Assembly (NCBI GenBank): GCA_049999805.1
Contig: JBNGIO010006285.1
Coordinates: forward strand, 1-64,000
DNA: 64,000 nucleotides
From: Folioceros fuciformis
Lineage: Eukaryota
Direction: 5' to 3'
This document shows, piece after piece, positions 24,771 through 37,204 of the stretch. The notes under the pieces were generated by a model. The model was given only the letters and a program-made list of their open reading frames with translations. It was not told where the DNA came from and made no database searches. Numbering within the stretch: the stretch's first letter is position 1; each line of letters starts with the position of its first letter. The translations under genes and the position numbers were made by a program.

Positions 24771-25859
24771 ACTGCTTGTGTCAATTCAGGGAGGGATTTC
24801 CTCTTGGAACCTGGCGTTCTAGGGTTGCTTGGCATCCACGTTTCCTCCAATAGCCAACGATCCATATTCGTTTAACAGCTAGTATACAGGCAAACATTTT
24901 TGAAGGGAATGCCGTGTCCAACATTGTAGCCCCTGCAGGGTTTTCACTACCGAGGCTCCACCCGTAGAGGAGGTGAGCCAACGACGAGCGTGAATTGACG
25001 CAAGTCGGCGAGCAACAGAACGATGGTGAGATTGGATGGAGATCAACCATTGAGCAGCAAGGCAGATGGGGCGGCAGTGGCACTGGATGAGCGTTGCAAG
25101 TATACCAGAGTCTGCAAGTATCACTGCTCGACAGAAACTAACGGAAATTCGAAGCAAGCGGTGCGGCGATGTGAAAAGACCGAGCAGATGTTCAGGCAGT
25201 GCGGAGACAGGTGCCTTCCCTCCCGTCCCTGCTTTCATGCTGCGATTCGTGCCTGTGGTTTGGATCGGACAGCGGAAGGGATCAGATGAGGGCTGTGTTC
25301 ATGCCGGTAGCCCGCGACTGGACTAGGGTTTGACGTCGGTGGTGGCCACTTAGAGTTTGGGATGTTGTTCTTGAAGGCCCGCTGAGGTTGTGGATTCGAA
25401 GACGGAGTACACGGAAGGAGATGTCCCAAGCGAGACGTCAGACGTGAGCAGGATGGATCGCAATCTGGAGCATCAGCTATGGCCGCCATTGCGCCCGGAC
25501 GATCTGAGGGACGTCATGGCTAGGTCCGTTCTCGACAGCTTCGAGGACGTTTGGGATGCCGCTGAGGAGGCTGCTAAGGAGTTTGCCGGACACGCCGCCG
25601 CCTTCAGTGAGAACATGCGTGCTTGGTCGCGGAGGCCATCAGAAGAGTTTCGGAGGCATCGTTTTGGCGAGGATGGTATGCCGGCAAGTGGCAGAGGCGC
25701 TAGAAATAACGAGAGCCCCAACTTCGATGTTTTCACTGCCGATACCAAGGAGCTGTGATAAGGATTTTAAAGCGTCGAAAAGATTGCCTGATGAATTCCA
25801 GATACGCCGACAGGATCAACGCTGGTTTCGGAACCATGCAAGGAAGTTTGGTCCACTGT

Positions 25860-26044
25860 ACCTAGGAAGTGAGTAGTAGTGGAATTAACTAAGTGTGCAG
25901 CCCATAGGCCTAAGGAATTGAATAGTAGGAGAAAAAGGTATGCAGCCCCTGGGGCTAAGGAAGTGAATAGCAAGGATTTTCTGCAGCCCCGGGACTAAGG
26001 AAGTGAATAGCAAGGATTTTCTGCAGCCCCGGGACTAAGGAAGT
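25860..26044. repeat. About 40-bp tandem repeat (TGCAGCCCC..GGCTAAGGAAGTGA..); the same family resumes at 30449-30600
   Basis: Units start at 25941, 25982 and 26022, with degenerate units upstream. Confidence 0.8.
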
Positions 26045-26399
26045 GGCGTGCTTCAATCTCCGAAGCAATAAATGGATATCCTATGTGGCATGGCATGCAC
26101 GATGTCCTGGTCACTCTCTCTTCTTATCACCACGTATAGCCCACTTGCATACAACCTAGGTTTCGCCGTAAATAAATGGTGGCATAACGTTTAGAACAAC
26201 CTGCTTGGTGGATTAAACCGTGCTCAGGTTATAAACCAAGTAAAAAACCGTGCGCGGATCACTCCCTCCTAAACATGAACAAAGCAACGCTGATTGCTTA
26301 CCCTAACATAAGCAAAGAGCGGTGAAGGAGCATGCACCCCTTGTAGTGTCCGTTGTTCATTCAATCGCCGGCACTTTGGCAGTTTAGTGCAAATGATCT

Positions 26400-28850
26400 A
26401 AGCTTGCAGGTGGTAAAGGACATGAAGCTTGCTTATATCCCGTGGAGTAGAATAAATGACTATGTTTCTAGAGAAGGCTTGAGATGTGCTGCAAGCTTCT
26501 ACCCAAAGGATTCAAAAAGTCAACATTCCTTGCCTATACTAATTGTGACTTCACTAGAGACTACAAGCACATACAGTAGGCATGGTCGGTCTCCCTCTCC
26601 AAGTTGTTGCACTCCATAGCTTTTTTTTACCACATGTTTTTAGGTTTCCGTGTTTAAGTTTGACAAGGCTTTTGCTTTGCTATGTTATGTGCCCACAAAA
26701 TCTGACATGATGTAGTTACCAATTTGAAGGGTACACTTACTTAATATATATTTTGACTACCTATGTAGATACTGGTGCTCATATGGACCAGAAGATTATA
26801 GAGAAGGCACCACACCAAAGAATGTAAGTATGAAAACTAGATGTATGGCAAATTTTGTTTGTGATGCAGTTGCTTTTTATTTCAAGATGTGGTTCAAATC
26901 CTCCTTGGTGAAGGAGCGCATGTAGATAACGGATGTGAGGTTTGTCATGGCCCGCAACATGTGGGTCATCCTAAAATGTCTAAAGCTCCTTGGCTCTCGA
27001 AGGAGAAGAAGGACTAGGTGAAATAATCTTTTATTGCAAGGTTTCTGTGTCGGAGATTATGCTTTGATATGTTGCAATTGTGGACAAGAAGATGGCGCAC
27101 TATTCCGAACATGGACCTCAAGATGACATTAAAGATGCAAGGATGTGTTGAACATGAAACGGCAAGTGGAAGTAGGTCAGTGGAAACTCTATGCAGATGA
27201 CGCAAAGTCAAGCCAGATGTGGTTGAAAGTGAATGTTGACCTTATCTTCCATAGGTCAGAATTGGGTCAACCATTTATTTTAGGATTGCAAACTCCTTTC
27301 ATACAGCAAATGTTGGTTAAGCATGGGATGAATAATGTTTTAGCCATGGATGCCACATTTGGTATGAACAAGTATCGATACTACTTGTTTATTTTGATAG
27401 TCTTTGATCAACACCTAAATGATATCCCAGTTGCTTGGGCACTAGCACAAGAGGCTACAATCATTTCTCTAGTATCATGGTTGAAGTTGTTGCAACAAGT
27501 AGCTCTCAACACATGTGCAACATGGGTTCCTAGTTGTTTTTTAGTTAATGATTGTTTGGCAGAGATAAGTGCATACAAACAAGCATGGGGAGCACATATA
27601 CATGATGTGTGGTGCTTATGGCATGTTAGGAAGGCATGGCAATGAAACCTTTTGAGAAAGGTGAAATGTAGTATTGCAAGCAAGAAAATTTGAGTTGCTC
27701 TTGCAGAGATTATGTATGTAAAGAGCCATGACACATATGAAGATACTATCGCATGGGGTAGTGTATTATTAGAGTTCTTCTATAAGGAGTGGCATGGAAG
27801 CCAACGGCGTTTGTTGAGTACTTCAAGAAACAATGAGGTGAATCTAGAAGTATTTTGCTCCCATGTTGCAGTGTTGTTGTCATAACTTAAGGATTGTATT
27901 CTTGAACATACATTGGGTGAGAAGTATGATAGTTTTTGTTTTTGCTAGATATGTGGTTGAAGAATTACATGTTGTATCCTCATGCCAGATAGGATACTAC
28001 GTCCGCATTGGAGGCCTTTCATCACTTTTTGAAGGAAAGAGTGTCTTTCACTAAAGCAACGCAACCAAGAAGACGTATGGATTGGCTTTTGCATCAACTA
28101 GTGAATAAGGTAGGACGTCATTATTAGTGCCTTGATTTCACTAAGGCTAGGGGTTACAATCCAAATTCGAAGCTAGAGAAGGTACATGAACATGTTCTAT
28201 TTGTAGCAAGAACCATTCTAGACACAGATACCACATTTCCGCCGGACGATGGACTACTATTGCATATTGCATGTCCTCTGAAGATAGCAAGAAAATATAT
28301 GTTATTGAGACAGCACACTCACCGTGGGTATTTTATAGTTGTGCGGTAGGGTAAAATGGTTTTCTATGCAAACATGTGACGAATGTGCAAAAGGTTTGTG
28401 ATGTATTTGAACATACTTCTCATGTTTTGCACCTTGCATGGTGTACCAATGGATATCATGCTGAGCCAGAGGACGGAGGCAGTGCATTACCTAACCTCAA
28501 TGTTGTTGTTGAGACCAATGTGACCGAAATGCATAATCTACAAGATGTAATGCCGCAAAGCACGACTTGCAGTGTGACACTTAGTTTGAGGCAACCTGAA
28601 AACTTAGAAGAGTTCAAGTTGAAAAGATGTCGAGACTTGGATGCAATATGTATGAGTATTACAAGCATAGTCGAAGCAAAGCCTAATATTTAGTTGAGGT
28701 TTATGCAATAATGGAACAAGCACAACTTCATACTAGGGAGGTTGTGGCTCGGATGGACAAGGCCTCAAGTAGAATGACAAGGATAGAGGAGTTAGTCCCA
28801 AACGATGGAACAAACAGGCTGGTGCGATTTAGAGGTGTTGAAGAATGGTC
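26400..28850 (+). pseudogene. MULE transposase / SWIM zinc-finger remnant with stops and frameshifts
   Basis: LAYIPWSRI, YWCSYGPEDY, PFILGLQT..QQMLVKHG..VLAMDATFGMNKYRY.LF.LIVFD..IPVAW, FLVNDCLAEI and CLWHVRKAW. A CKHV-like SWIM remnant is near 28370. Confidence 0.8.
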
Positions 28851-29104
28851 ATAGCCAAGGAAGAAGAAAGGCACTTGGCAATTGTAAACGATACTACTAT
28901 GTCATGATCCTTGTAGCGGTTTTATTTACACTACTGGTTGAGGGAGGAGGTTGTTCAAGTCATTTGGTGTTTATGTTTTTGTTTGTTGAATGTAAGTGCT
29001 TGGTTAGTGTGTAGCCGGGCTACTTTGCTGTTTAATGGGACTGTGATGGTGTTTAATTGATTTGGTGGGTAGTCGGGTTAATTTGTTATTCAATGAGGAT
29101 GTGA

Positions 29105-29290
29105 TGGTGTTCAGCTAATATAGTGTTTAGGCAAGCTCATTTTTTGTTCAACTAGGGTGATGTAGTGTTTAGGCAAGCTGATCTTGTATTCAGCTAGGCT
29201 GTTTTTGTGTTCAACCAGGCTGATTTTGTGTTCAACCAAGCTAATGTAGTGTTCAGCCATGCTGATTTGGTGTTCAATCGAGCAGTGATA
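29105..29290. repeat. Degenerate 21-bp tandem repeat inside the MULE
   Basis: Recurring GTGTTCA(A/G)C(T/C)AGGCTGAT units, which give a 7-aa periodic spurious ORF (ISLVEHK). Confidence 0.75.
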
Positions 29291-30114
29291 AGTGCTCACC
29301 AGCCTAGCTGTTTTTAATTTTGTATAACACGTGTAACATGATTAGGTGTCATTGCAAATTACATTATAAACGCATGAGAAGAAGTACTAGATAGGAGTGA
29401 ACCTTCAGCTTGTGCTCTCCTTACAGCAACCCTCTTCAAATCTTAGAATGGGATAATGATTACCAAGGCCCTCAAATTTAGACTAGTGACAAAGCAAAGG
29501 TAGTGATCCACCTGCAACAATGGTGAACATGAGCAAGATGTTTCTCCCTACTAGCATCAGCGGACGGAGATTCTATTTAAGAAACATCCCCTAACCTTCA
29601 ATGCACACACTAACCACAGCAACCCCCTTCCCCCTCCCTAACTACCCTTCTACCAACTTCATCAGGTCCTCAATCCTGGCCACAACACCCCCAAACCATG
29701 GTGTGAGCATGCTCTGCTGATTTGAAATCCAGGTCCTAAATCCAAACCATTATTTGAGCGTGTGCTTCCTGCAACACCCCCCAAAGCACCGTGTAAGGTC
29801 GCGTTGCCCATAGCAGCCCTCCCAAACAACCCTGTGAGTGTTTGCTCATGCACACTTTGCTGATCCTATATTCTAGGTCCTTCCAAACAACCCTGTGAGT
29901 GTGCGCTTATGCACACTTCACTGATCCTAAATTCCAGGTCCTAAATCCAAACCACCGTGTGAGTGTGTGCTTCCCACAAACCTCCCAAAGCACTGTGCAA
30001 GGGCGAGTTGCCCTCAGTAGTCCTCCCAAACCACCTTGTGAGTGCGCGATCTGCTGATCGTCAAATCCAGGAGCATGCAAATCGTCAAATCCAAGGGGTG
30101 CATCCTCATGGTTG

Positions 30115-30242
30115 TTGGAGATGCTGGCCAGGCTATGTGTGAAGCACGTTTTGGTGTTCAAATGCTGGTCGGGCTATGTGTGAACCGCATTTTGGTGTTC
30201 AAATGCTGGTCGGGCTGTGTGTGAACCGCGTTTTGGTGTTCA
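30115..30242. repeat. 41-bp tandem repeat x3 inside the MULE
   Basis: TTTGGTGTTCAAATGCTGGTCGGGCT(A/G)TGTGTGAACCGC units. Confidence 0.8.
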
Positions 30243-30639
30243 GATTGAAGTGGAAGCTGGGGTGGCATTTAAGAAATATGGACAATGCGGGCGATGCTAG
30301 AGGTGGAAGGCCTGGTGTTTTGCCTTTGGCAAAACGCAAGAGATATTGAGAGATACGGCGAGGGACATACGGAGAGCGAAGGCAGGAGTTGCTACGGATG
30401 ATGGACCATTTCTGAAGTATTTATTTCTTCGGAGACTGAGAGGCTTTGAAGGAAGCGAGTAGGAACAAAATTATGTCAACAGCCCTTGGGGCTAAGGAAG
30501 GGAGTAGAACAGAATTATGTCTGTAGCCCCTCGGGCTAAGGAAGTGAGTAGGAATAGAATTATGTCTGCAGCCCCTAGGGCTAAGGATATAGAGAATTTG
30601 ATTCCCCTTAGGCCTTGAAAGCATTGAACGCTTGGTTGA

Positions 30640-31090
30640 TGAGCACCCATTGTGAGCAGTAAATTGAATGCTTGGGTTATGAGAACCCAAGGTGTGCTGT
30701 AAATTGAGTGCTTAGGTTATATGAGCACACGTTATTTAGGTTGTGAGCACCGAAGGTGTGTTGTAAATTGAATGCTTAGGTTATGAGAACACATTGCTTG
30801 GTTTGTAAGCACCTAAGGTGTGTTATAAAGTGAATGCTTAGGTTGTGAGCGCCCAAGGTGTGTTATAAATTGAATGCTTAGGTTGTGAGCNNNNNNNNNN
30901 TGTGAGCGCCCAAGGTGTGTTATAAATTGAATGCTTAGGTTGTGAGCGCCCAAGGTGTGTTATAAATTGAATGCTTAGGTTGTGAGCACCAAAGGTGTAT
31001 TGTAAATTGAATGCTTAGGTTGTGAGCACGTGAGGTATGCTATAAGAACGCCCTTGTGGAGGAGATCAAGTGGAGCACCCAAGGTGTGTT
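30640..31090. repeat. 40-bp minisatellite (CAAGGTGTGTTATAAATTGAATGCTTAGGTTGTGAGCGCC) with longer variants, spanning a 10-N gap
   Basis: Near-identical units at 30911 and 30951, with variants from about 30650 to 31030. Confidence 0.88.
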
Positions 31091-31302
31091 GCAAGAAATC
31101 TTTTGTAGAGAAGGTCAAGTCAAGACATAGCAAAGCAGCTTTTTTTGTGATGGAGGTTAAGTGGAGGGAGAGCTAAGCTTCTAGCTTAGATGAAGATGGG
31201 GATTTCTCTCTAACGCTTAGGTTTTGTGTGTTATTATTGACTCATGAATCTAGAATAAGAGCAAGTGTTGTGTGTTCTTGGTTACTGTAGAATAAAGAGC
31301 AA

Positions 31303-31490
31303 GCACAAAAGTGCTATTTGCGAGTCTTCTTAGCACAAGTCTCACAAAAGGCACAAAAGTGCTATATGCTAGTCTTCTTAGGACAAGTTTCGTAAAAGGC
31401 ACAAAAGTACTATATGCGAGTCTTCTTAGGACAAGTCTAAGAAAAGGCACAAAAGTGCTATGTGCGAGTCTTCTTAGGACAAGTCTTGTA
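31303..31490. repeat. 48-bp tandem repeat x4
   Basis: GCACAAAAGTGCTATATGCGAGTCTTCTTAGGACAAGT.. units start at 31303, 31351, 31399 and 31447. Confidence 0.88.
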
Positions 31491-32235
31491 ACCATCTACG
31501 AGTCCTCTTCTCCTCTTCGGACAAGTCTTATGACCGTCTTCGAGTCCTCCTATGAGATGAGGATGGGCTACTTGGAGGCTTAGTGCTTTGTGTTTGGTAT
31601 TTGTTCTTGTTTTTGCTTCTGCATGGTTACCCTACCACTCCAATCATGACTTTTGAAAGATGCGAATCTTACTTCTTTTTTTTTTTTCCTCCAAGGAATC
31701 TAGTAGTTGAAATCCATGTAAACATATGAGCCTATGGCCTTTTTTTCTCTTTTGTTTTATCTTATATTAAGTACTTTTAATATCCATAAGTATGAGATAA
31801 AATTGAACTAAATAGAACCTAAATAGCTATATAAAGTGTGAGATATAAGTTCACTTATTTGAAACATATGTAAAATATAATTTAATATATTTAAAATAAA
31901 TATGTGAATTGAATACTTACCTTCTACAATATCATGGCTGTGGATTGGTTTAAAAAGAGTTTTAAATTTTGATTTAGGAGATAATTAAAAATAAAAATAA
32001 ATTTTAATCTGTTCAAAAGAGTAATATAACTTGAAACGTTTTGAGGTTCCTACCGTCCAAACACTCCAAATGACTGTTTAAGGTCCATCTTATCCCCTCA
32101 GAAAGTATTCGGGGTCATGGATTTGATGGACCAAACTCTCACGACACCTTTCCAAGAATTAGTACGTAGTCTTGTTGGCGTTGGAACTAGATGCCACAAC
32201 TGCCACTAAGTCCCAGACAATCTCTAATGATCAGG

Positions 32236-33907
32236 CTAGTAATTTGATGTTTCAATATCGTCTAGGTAGTTCACCGTATCCAGATCTGGTGGTTGGTCAT
32301 CAGGGGTTTTTAACGCTGACTCGTCCAAAGGCCAGGATCTGGAGGGAAGGGATGATAACATTACTTCGTCTCGTTGTTTATCGGGATGGCCAGCTGCTGC
32401 AAAAGCAGATGTAGGACTAGGCTCCCGGTGAACGTAAGTTTCATCACTCTTGCCTAAGTTGCCTTGTCTCCCTCGTAGGGTAAGATCTTGTTGGTCATCT
32501 GGTGATAGCCACTCGTGGATCACCTGGAATGAAAGCATGATGTGTAGTGTTGTGCATCTTGAGAAAGCGGAGTTGTTTTGCTGTGTTGGGAAGAAAGACA
32601 GCACCGTGAACGTACGTACCTGGAAAATTAAGTTGTCCACGGCAGGAGATAATGGAACATCCGACACAGGATAACAACTGTCTGCAGCAACCACAGAAGA
32701 CGTAGCAACGTCGGGGACGGAGGTCACTCCCTTCGATGTCCTTGAATGGCCATGCGCTTGGTAAGGAACCAATGCGGAGTTTGTGCTATCCTCCTGGAGG
32801 AAGGAAATGCCACCGACACAAGAAGGCCCGGTCCGTCTTCCGTGCGCATCTTTGAAGGGGATGGAGGCATCACTGGCTGTGTTCGGAGATGCACCAAAAC
32901 TACACACTTGGATTGGCTGATTCACGACCTTGCGCTGGGCGGTTGTCCCTGAAACCAGCCACTCATCCAAGAATGCTCCATCTTGGACACTGTGGACGAG
33001 AAAATTCATGGCAGCACTCAAAGCAGTAGCCGCCATGTCGTCCTCCTCCTGCGCCGCTCTCCCAGCAGCAGTAGGAGGCGTCTGAGCTGACGTCTTACGC
33101 GTTCCCTCGACATCAACATGCCGCCGTCCTATACCCAAATACGCAAACGTGCTTCCCTGAAGAACCTGCACACTACTCTACAACAACAAACACAATCCAT
33201 TCGTCCGGTCAATCACCGCCATACGCTTCACCATCGCCTTAAAAACAAGCGGCAACGTCACATCCACGAAGCCGCGCATTCCACACCTCTTCTTCAAAAC
33301 TTCCGAGGCCCGCCTATCCAGCTCTTCAAATTCCAAATCTTGCAACTCCTGCGCACCAGGAAATATCCCTTCCTGCTTGATCGGCAAGCACTTACAACCC
33401 CGCTCTCGCTCTCGCTCCCGATCCCGCTCCCGCTCCGCCAAGCAGAACAATTCCGGCTCAGCAGGAAACTCCGCCTCCACCGCCTTCCTCTTCTTCATGA
33501 GCTCAAGAAACCGCTCTTCAGACGCTTCAGAGTACCTCACCGCCTGGTAATCCCTCCCAGATTTCCTCCCCGACACATCCAATTCCTGCTCGTTCTGCGG
33601 CGACGGAGGCTTCTCCCTGAACCTTTGCAAAATCTCTCTCCTCCATCTGCATTCCAAACAAGGACTCCGGTCAGTACCACTCCGCGTGCCCTAACATGCT
33701 CCATCCCAGGTTGCCAGTGCCAGCGGACGCTTGTTGTCCAGACCGGGTGGATGAAGCTGTCGACACACACTTGTCCTTCCTCATCCCGGGAAGCCAACCA
33801 TTTGCTCCCTCAGGCGCTCCCGGACGGTGACGATCTCCGGCCAACGGAAGGCCTGCTTTGCGGCTGCCTTGCACTTCCGAAGTGTGCCGCGAATAAAGAA
33901 ATGACAT
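32236..33907 (-). CDS. Multi-exon uncharacterised protein, possibly PROSER3-like; 5' end uncertain
   Basis: Exon-like ORFs 33178-33657 (EILQRFREKPPSPQNEQE; LQDLEFEELDRRASEVLKK) and 32236-33171, joined by GT-AG introns. An in-frame intron lies near 32525-32619. Confidence 0.55.
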
Positions 33908-35112
33908 CAACGGGGAGCCCGAATCTCGTGAAAGGGAAAGGGAAAAGGTCGGCACCTCCACATTTTCCTATTCATCTGAAAGCTGTGCTCTCTCCGTGTC
34001 TTGCCATTGTCCTGTACGGCAGCGGTGGCGGTGGCGGTGGCGTGAGAAAACGGCGATGGCAACCCCAGAACTGTGGAGCTCTGTCTCCGGCTTCGGCCAC
34101 GATGTGACCAAATTAGTCTTCTGTGGTGGGTACAACGCGTTTCCTTCCTATCCCCAGTTTGCGACGCTAGTAACAGGACTAACCTAACGACACAACAACC
34201 AGGACTAATTGGTCTGCCTTATAAAATTTTCATGTAACCGATGCTGGTATGGCTCATGACGTGAGCGTGGGTCAAAGGAAAAAGATCCCCAGCTTTGGGT
34301 TGGGCCGGGTTGAAGTTGAAGGCCCCAGGGGGATGGGGGCCTGGCCAGTGGAGGAGATAAGGAGCGGGCCTGGGTCCCAACTTCTGGCTGGCTGCCTGTC
34401 TCTGCGGTCCTTCCGGCACGGCAGAGAGGCTGAGCTGGACTGCAGCAAGGACCGAGCACGGCTCCCCGATCTCCCGCCTCGCTTGCCTTGCAAGCCCTCT
34501 GCCTTGTCTCTGCTCTGCTCTGCTCTGCTCGGATCGGATCGGCTCGACTCGGGTCGTTCCGCCTCGCCTCGCGCGTCTCGCCTCTTGCCCGTGGAGGGCA
34601 CGCCACGCCAAGCTCGTAGGGAGCGTGGGGTTGTAACCGGGGCACTCAGAAGCACACTGAGGAAAGCGGAGGGGGACGCGGAGGACGAGGGAGCGAGTGA
34701 GCGAGCTGCATGGTGAGCCCGCAGCGATGGCGGATGCCGTGAGGGCCGCCTTGCGCCTGCTGCCTGTGGCCAGGCCCGGCGGCGCGTGCGGCCGGGCGGT
34801 GCGAGGGCATCGCCCTGGGGACCAGTCTTCCTCCTCCTCCTCCTCGCCCTCTGTCGTGCTCGGCACCGCACTCGGGGTCGGGGCGCAGGCTGTCGCGGGG
34901 AATTGCGAGCGCCAGGCTCTGCCGCCGTCGACTGGGGTGGNNNNNNNNNNNNNNNNNNNNNNNNNNNNNNNNNNNNNNNNNNNNNNNNNNNNNNNNNNNN
35001 NNNNNNNNNNNNNNNNNNNNNNNNNNNNNNNNNNNNNNNNCTGACCTCGCTGCGGTCTTGTGTGACTTGGTTTGGCAGGGAGTTTGGGAGCGGCCCGGAA
35101 GCGTATCATTCC

Positions 35113-36950
35113 ATGGCTGCGGCGGATGCGCGGGCTGCTTGGCGGCGGGGATCCTTGAGTCGGCAGGATATGTTGGAGGCACAGGAGGATGTGGTTCGAG
35201 CGCAGAGGGCGTTGGCTAGTCCTTCTGGTGGTGGTAAGGGTGCAACACATGCGGAGTCTGTGCAAAAAGGGGACGAACCTGGTCGGTCTTTGTCCAGCAA
35301 CTACTGGATGCCGTTCGCCAGTCACTGTTCGTCGGAGTCCAAGTTGGACATGGAGTGGCCGCTCGGGGCTTGCGCTGGTACCGAGTTCCAGTCCGAGTAT
35401 ATCGGTGCTGGATCGGGCTACTTCGTGTATGATGACAATTCCAAGCCCCCGAAGCAGGCCCCGGGGCAGCGTTGTCTGGCCCAAGGCAGTACCGGTTACG
35501 TGGACGAGGATTTGGGTGCTACGGCGAATCTTGAGCTTGAATGGCAGCTGGTGGTGGACCCGATGCCCAAGGGTAAGCCTCTTCCAGTAGCACAGGGTCA
35601 GGAAGTGAAGAGCGCTGATGGAGAAGAGCGTGATGTGAAGGGAGACGCTGGTGGACAGGAGGGTGAAGAAGATGGATCTTCTGAAAACGACTGGCAGGAT
35701 CCTGCGCATTTTATGCAGTGTGAAACTGCATTACCCTCCGAGGACGCGCTGATGGTGGGAGAAATATCACATGTGGGAACGGTTTCCAAGGCAGAGATCG
35801 TTTCGTCTCAACCTGTGACTGGAGATGGTGGCCCTCCAGATTTGCGACTCCGCCGTCACTCCTGGCGAACAGCTGGTAGGGATGAGTTGGCTGCACTTGT
35901 GGCTCAGAGGGCAGGAGAACATGTGGAAAACTGTGACCTTCCGACCCCTCTTAACACTTACAGGATAAAGGGATCTTTGGAAACCTGTCAGCTAGGTAAT
36001 AAATCGAATGTGAGGAGGGATCTGTCCCGCTCTGTTGATGGGAAACTGCTGGCTTCGCTTCTCCAAGGACAGGAGCCCTCACGTCTGGAAAACTTGGGAC
36101 TGCCATCGTCACCCCCCGTCTTGAATGCATCTACTCCCATTGAAGTTGTCCCTGTTTGCCCTGAAACAATCTCGCATCCGCTAACCATACCTTCTGTGAA
36201 AGTTGATAGGGTTGCCCAAGCTCACGAGACCACCAGGTGAGCGCTCCCTGACTCTGCTCCTCTCTTGTTCGAAAGCACAGAAACGAGTAAACTGTGATCT
36301 TGGTTTTGATTCTCAGCGCTCCTTGGCTGTGCAGCTCTACTGACAGCAGGAACACGAGTTGGCAAGGTGGTGGGCCCAATGTCGTCACGGTCAGTGGATC
36401 GGGTCTCCTCGGTCAAGCTCTGCGTCATTCACAGACTCGAGCGAGGGAGGCTGAAAAGGCGGTCAGGAAAGCAGAGGAGGCTGAGAAGGTTGCGAGGAAA
36501 GCCGAAGTAGCTGCTGGGAAGGCTGCTGAGCAAGCCTCCCAGGAGAAAGAGCAACTCTTGCACATGTTTTTCAGGGAGGCAGCAATGTCCCTCACATACA
36601 GACACTGGGCCACTCTTCTAGAAGCGGAGAATTTCTGCCTGAGAATATACGCCAGAGATAATGCGCAATGGGTGCAGAAGAGCATCTTCAACCCGTTCAA
36701 TGCTGTGGACCGACTGTCTAACAGTCGGTGCAGAAATGTGGGTAAGGCTCTGGCCAAGAGACAAATGCAGCATCACTTCTCTGGAGTCTGGCATCATCAT
36801 ACTACTACCAAGAGTTCTGGGTCCAGCTCAGTCGGTTCTCACCTCAGTAGGGGCTGCACTGTTGGGCTAGCCTTTGCTTTGGGACTCAGTCTTGCAGGTG
36901 CTGGGCTGCTCCTTGGTTGGAGCATGGGATGGATTCTCCTCGCCCACTGA
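35113..36950 (+). CDS. Plant-specific uncharacterised protein with a C-terminal TM helix; exons 35113-36236 and 36317-36950
   Basis: MAAADARAAW..QED..RA, WRTAGRDELAALVAQ..EHVENCDLP, ALRHSQTRAREAEKA, EKEQL..FFREA..Y..W..LLEAEN and FALGLSLAGAGLLLGWSMGW match a conserved land-plant family. The 80-nt GT-AG intron keeps the frame. Confidence 0.85.
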
Positions 36951-37204
36951 CTTCACTCTGTCACCTTTCTTGCTACCTAGGTCACTACGGTACTTGTCTT
37001 GAGATTTTACCTTTTGGCTCTTTTGTAATTATAAGAACGTAGTTTCTGCAGATGTGCCCTAGGCCAGCCACACTTGTGGCCGGCACCCAACCCAATTTCC
37101 TGTCATTCACACTGAAGCTTCACCTTGAAGAATAATACTGTACATAGGTCGCATTTCACAGAGTGGCTGTTAGTTTACAACGTAGCTTCCTGTGATACCA
37201 AGTT

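Larger units (their letters stand above)
26045..30448 (+). mobile_element. Decayed Mutator-like (MULE) DNA transposon with subterminal inverted repeats and a probable target-site duplication
   Basis: 26053-26073 TCAATCTCCGAAGCAATAAAT versus the reverse complement of 30419-30439 TCAGTCTCCGAAGAAATAAAT (2 mismatches). Flanks are AAGGAAGT (26037-26044) and AAGGAAGC (30449-30456). A transposase remnant lies inside. Confidence 0.75.

Noticed and set aside
31250-31583. ORFs with 16-aa repeats
   Set aside because: Translations of the 48-bp minisatellite.
34219-35709. ORFs spanning the 100-N gap at 34941-35040
   Set aside because: Frame continuity across a nominal gap is meaningless, and the conserved N-terminus starts at ATG 35113.
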